A DNA stretch of 64,000 bases, from contig JAVBQQ010000013.1 of assembly GCA_031548875.1 (NCBI GenBank), positions 16,227-80,226 on the forward strand. The letters are read 5' to 3'. Positions 62,981 through 64,000 of the stretch are shown in pieces. Every line of letters begins with the position of its first letter. Position 1 is the stretch's first letter. The notes under the pieces are model-generated. The model made no database searches. It was given only the letters and a program-made list of their open reading frames with translations, and had not been told where the DNA came from. Source of the DNA: Oscillospiraceae bacterium. Lineage in GTDB: Bacteria > Bacillota > Clostridia > Oscillospirales > Ruminococcaceae. The position numbers and the translations under genes are program-made.

Positions 62981-64000
62981 TTGCGAAAAGGCCCCGAGGA
63001 GGAAACCGCAATCGTCCTGCAAAATGGAACGGTTTTTATCGACGGTCGGTTAAAATGCGCGGATGTCGCATTTGAAAACGGCGTGATCACACAGATATCC
63101 GAGCCCGGAACGATCCATACAGAAGCCGTGATGGACGTTGACGGGCATTTTGTGTTGCCGGGTTTTGTGGATATCCACAGCCACGGCGCTTTAGGCCACG
63201 ACTTTTGCGATGCCGGTCCCGCCGGATTGGAGGCATTGTTGGCCTACTACGGAAACATTGGCGTCACAAGCGTCCTGCTCACCACCATGTCTCTTTCCGA
63301 ATTAGCGTTGCTGCAAACGATAGAAGCCGCAGCGCCGCTGTTTGAGCAGGATAGCTATGGAGCCGTGTTGAGGGGTGTCTACCTGGAAGGGCCCTTTTTG
63401 AACCCCAAAAAGGCTGGGGCGCAAGATCCCCGGCAGATGGTCGCCCCCGATATTGAACTGTTCGAACGTTTGCAGACAGCAGCAAATGCCCACATACGCA
63501 TTGTCAGCGTCGCTCCCGAAATGCCGGGTGGACTTGCCTTCATCCAGCAAGCTGCCAAAAGCTGCACCGTATCGTTGGCGCACACGGCTGCGAACGATGA
63601 AGAAGCCCGTTGTGCGTTTAACGCCGGGGGCAGCCACGTGACGCATCTGCTCAATGCCATGGAGCCGTTTGCCAGCCGCGCGCCGGGCGTTTTGGCCGCA
63701 GCGTGCGAAAGAGCCGAACACGTAGAGGTCATTAGCGACGGGCTGCACCTGCACCCTGCGGTTGTCAAGGCGCTGTTTCGTTGGTTCGGGGCAGGCCGAA
63801 TTTGTCTGATCAGCGATTCCATGCGCGCCACCGGCATGCCCGACGGCATATATGATCTGGGCGGCCAGCAGGTGGCCGTGTGCGGGGGCCGGGCTTCTTT
63901 GGCCGGCGAACCGAAAACCATCGCGGGCAGCGTGGTTTCATTGCCCGACATGTGCCGTCGCGCCATCCAGTTTGGCGTCCCCTTTGAACACGCCATCCTT
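62981..64000 (+). CDS. nagA: N-acetylglucosamine-6-phosphate deacetylase, 3' end runs off the window; start codon uncertain
   Basis: Not in the track because it is open to the window end. Manual translation gives ...IVLQNGTVFIDGRLKCADVAFENGVITQI...DVDGHFVLPGFVDIHSHGALGHDF...LEGPFLNPKKAGAQ...VSLAHTAANDEEA...GGSHVTHLLNAM...ISDGLHLHP...LISDSMRATGMPDG. Confidence 0.8.
   Translation, partial: MRKGPEEETAIVLQNGTVFIDGRLKCADVAFENGVITQISEPGTIHTEAVMDVDGHFVLPGFVDIHSHGALGHDFCDAGPAGLEALLAYYGNIGVTSVLLTTMSLSELALLQTIEAAAPLFEQDSYGAVLRGVYLEGPFLNPKKAGAQDPRQMVAPDIELFERLQTAANAHIRIVSVAPEMPGGLAFIQQAAKSCTVSLAHTAANDEEARCAFNAGGSHVTHLLNAMEPFASRAPGVLAAACERAEHVEVISDGLHLHPAVVKALFRWFGAGRICLISDSMRATGMPDGIYDLGGQQVAVCGGRASLAGEPKTIAGSVVSLPDMCRRAIQFGVPFEHAIL

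Overview
The window looks like a high-GC Firmicutes/Clostridia-type chromosome (gut Oscillospiraceae-like; this is inference from composition and gene content only). Many long ORFs in the track are Arg/Gly/Pro-rich antisense or off-frame artefacts of the high GC content, and I ignored them.

Gene order, left to right:
- 1-7.8 kb: very GC-rich housekeeping block with a MoCF-type molybdopterin-binding protein, a membrane protein, SppA, a GNAT acetyltransferase, HflX, and SPFH/NfeD.
- 7996-8071: tRNA-Thr(UGU).
- 8.3-14.3 kb: visibly more A/T-rich block with CotH kinase, DUF4956, a VTC polyphosphate-polymerase domain protein, and an OmpR/histidine-kinase pair whose kinase carries an in-frame TGA.
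- 14.8-15.4 kb: decayed Big_2/FN3 gene fragment.
- 15.6-21.6 kb: DUF364 protein, SAM methyltransferase, FecCD-type ABC importer and MoeA.
- 22.3-28.4 kb: MalT/LuxR STAND regulator, DUF4337-like protein, a small protein, a clostripain (C11) lipoprotein and a small membrane protein.
- 29.6-36.1 kb: PucR regulator, ferredoxin, flavoprotein, DAPG/phloretin-hydrolase-family protein, second flavoprotein, second ferredoxin.
- 36.2-37.4 kb: dead serine-recombinase and IS3 fragments.
- 37.8-44.7 kb: multi-TM histidine kinase, response regulator and a 1380-aa beta-helix/FN3 surface protein.
- 44.8-46.5 kb: gene debris and a second dead serine recombinase.
- 46.6-54.3 kb: URO-D-like enzyme, Liv-type ABC importer and a LysR regulator.
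- 54.6-64 kb: amino-sugar/sialic-acid-type locus with a Gfo/Idh/MocA oxidoreductase, a CUT1 ABC importer, an FAD oxidoreductase, and nanE, nanK, rpiR, nagA.

The most unusual signal is a 46-nt structured motif. Its last 14 nt equal the 3' end of the tRNA-Thr gene, and it recurs three times on the same strand (21.8, 28.7 and 45.7 kb), each time at a boundary between unrelated gene blocks. This fits a decayed tandem array of segments integrated at tRNA-Thr.

Other candidates worth follow-up:
- the CotH/VTC/DUF4956 operon;
- the flavoprotein plus C-C hydrolase cluster;
- the STAND regulator plus C11 peptidase module.
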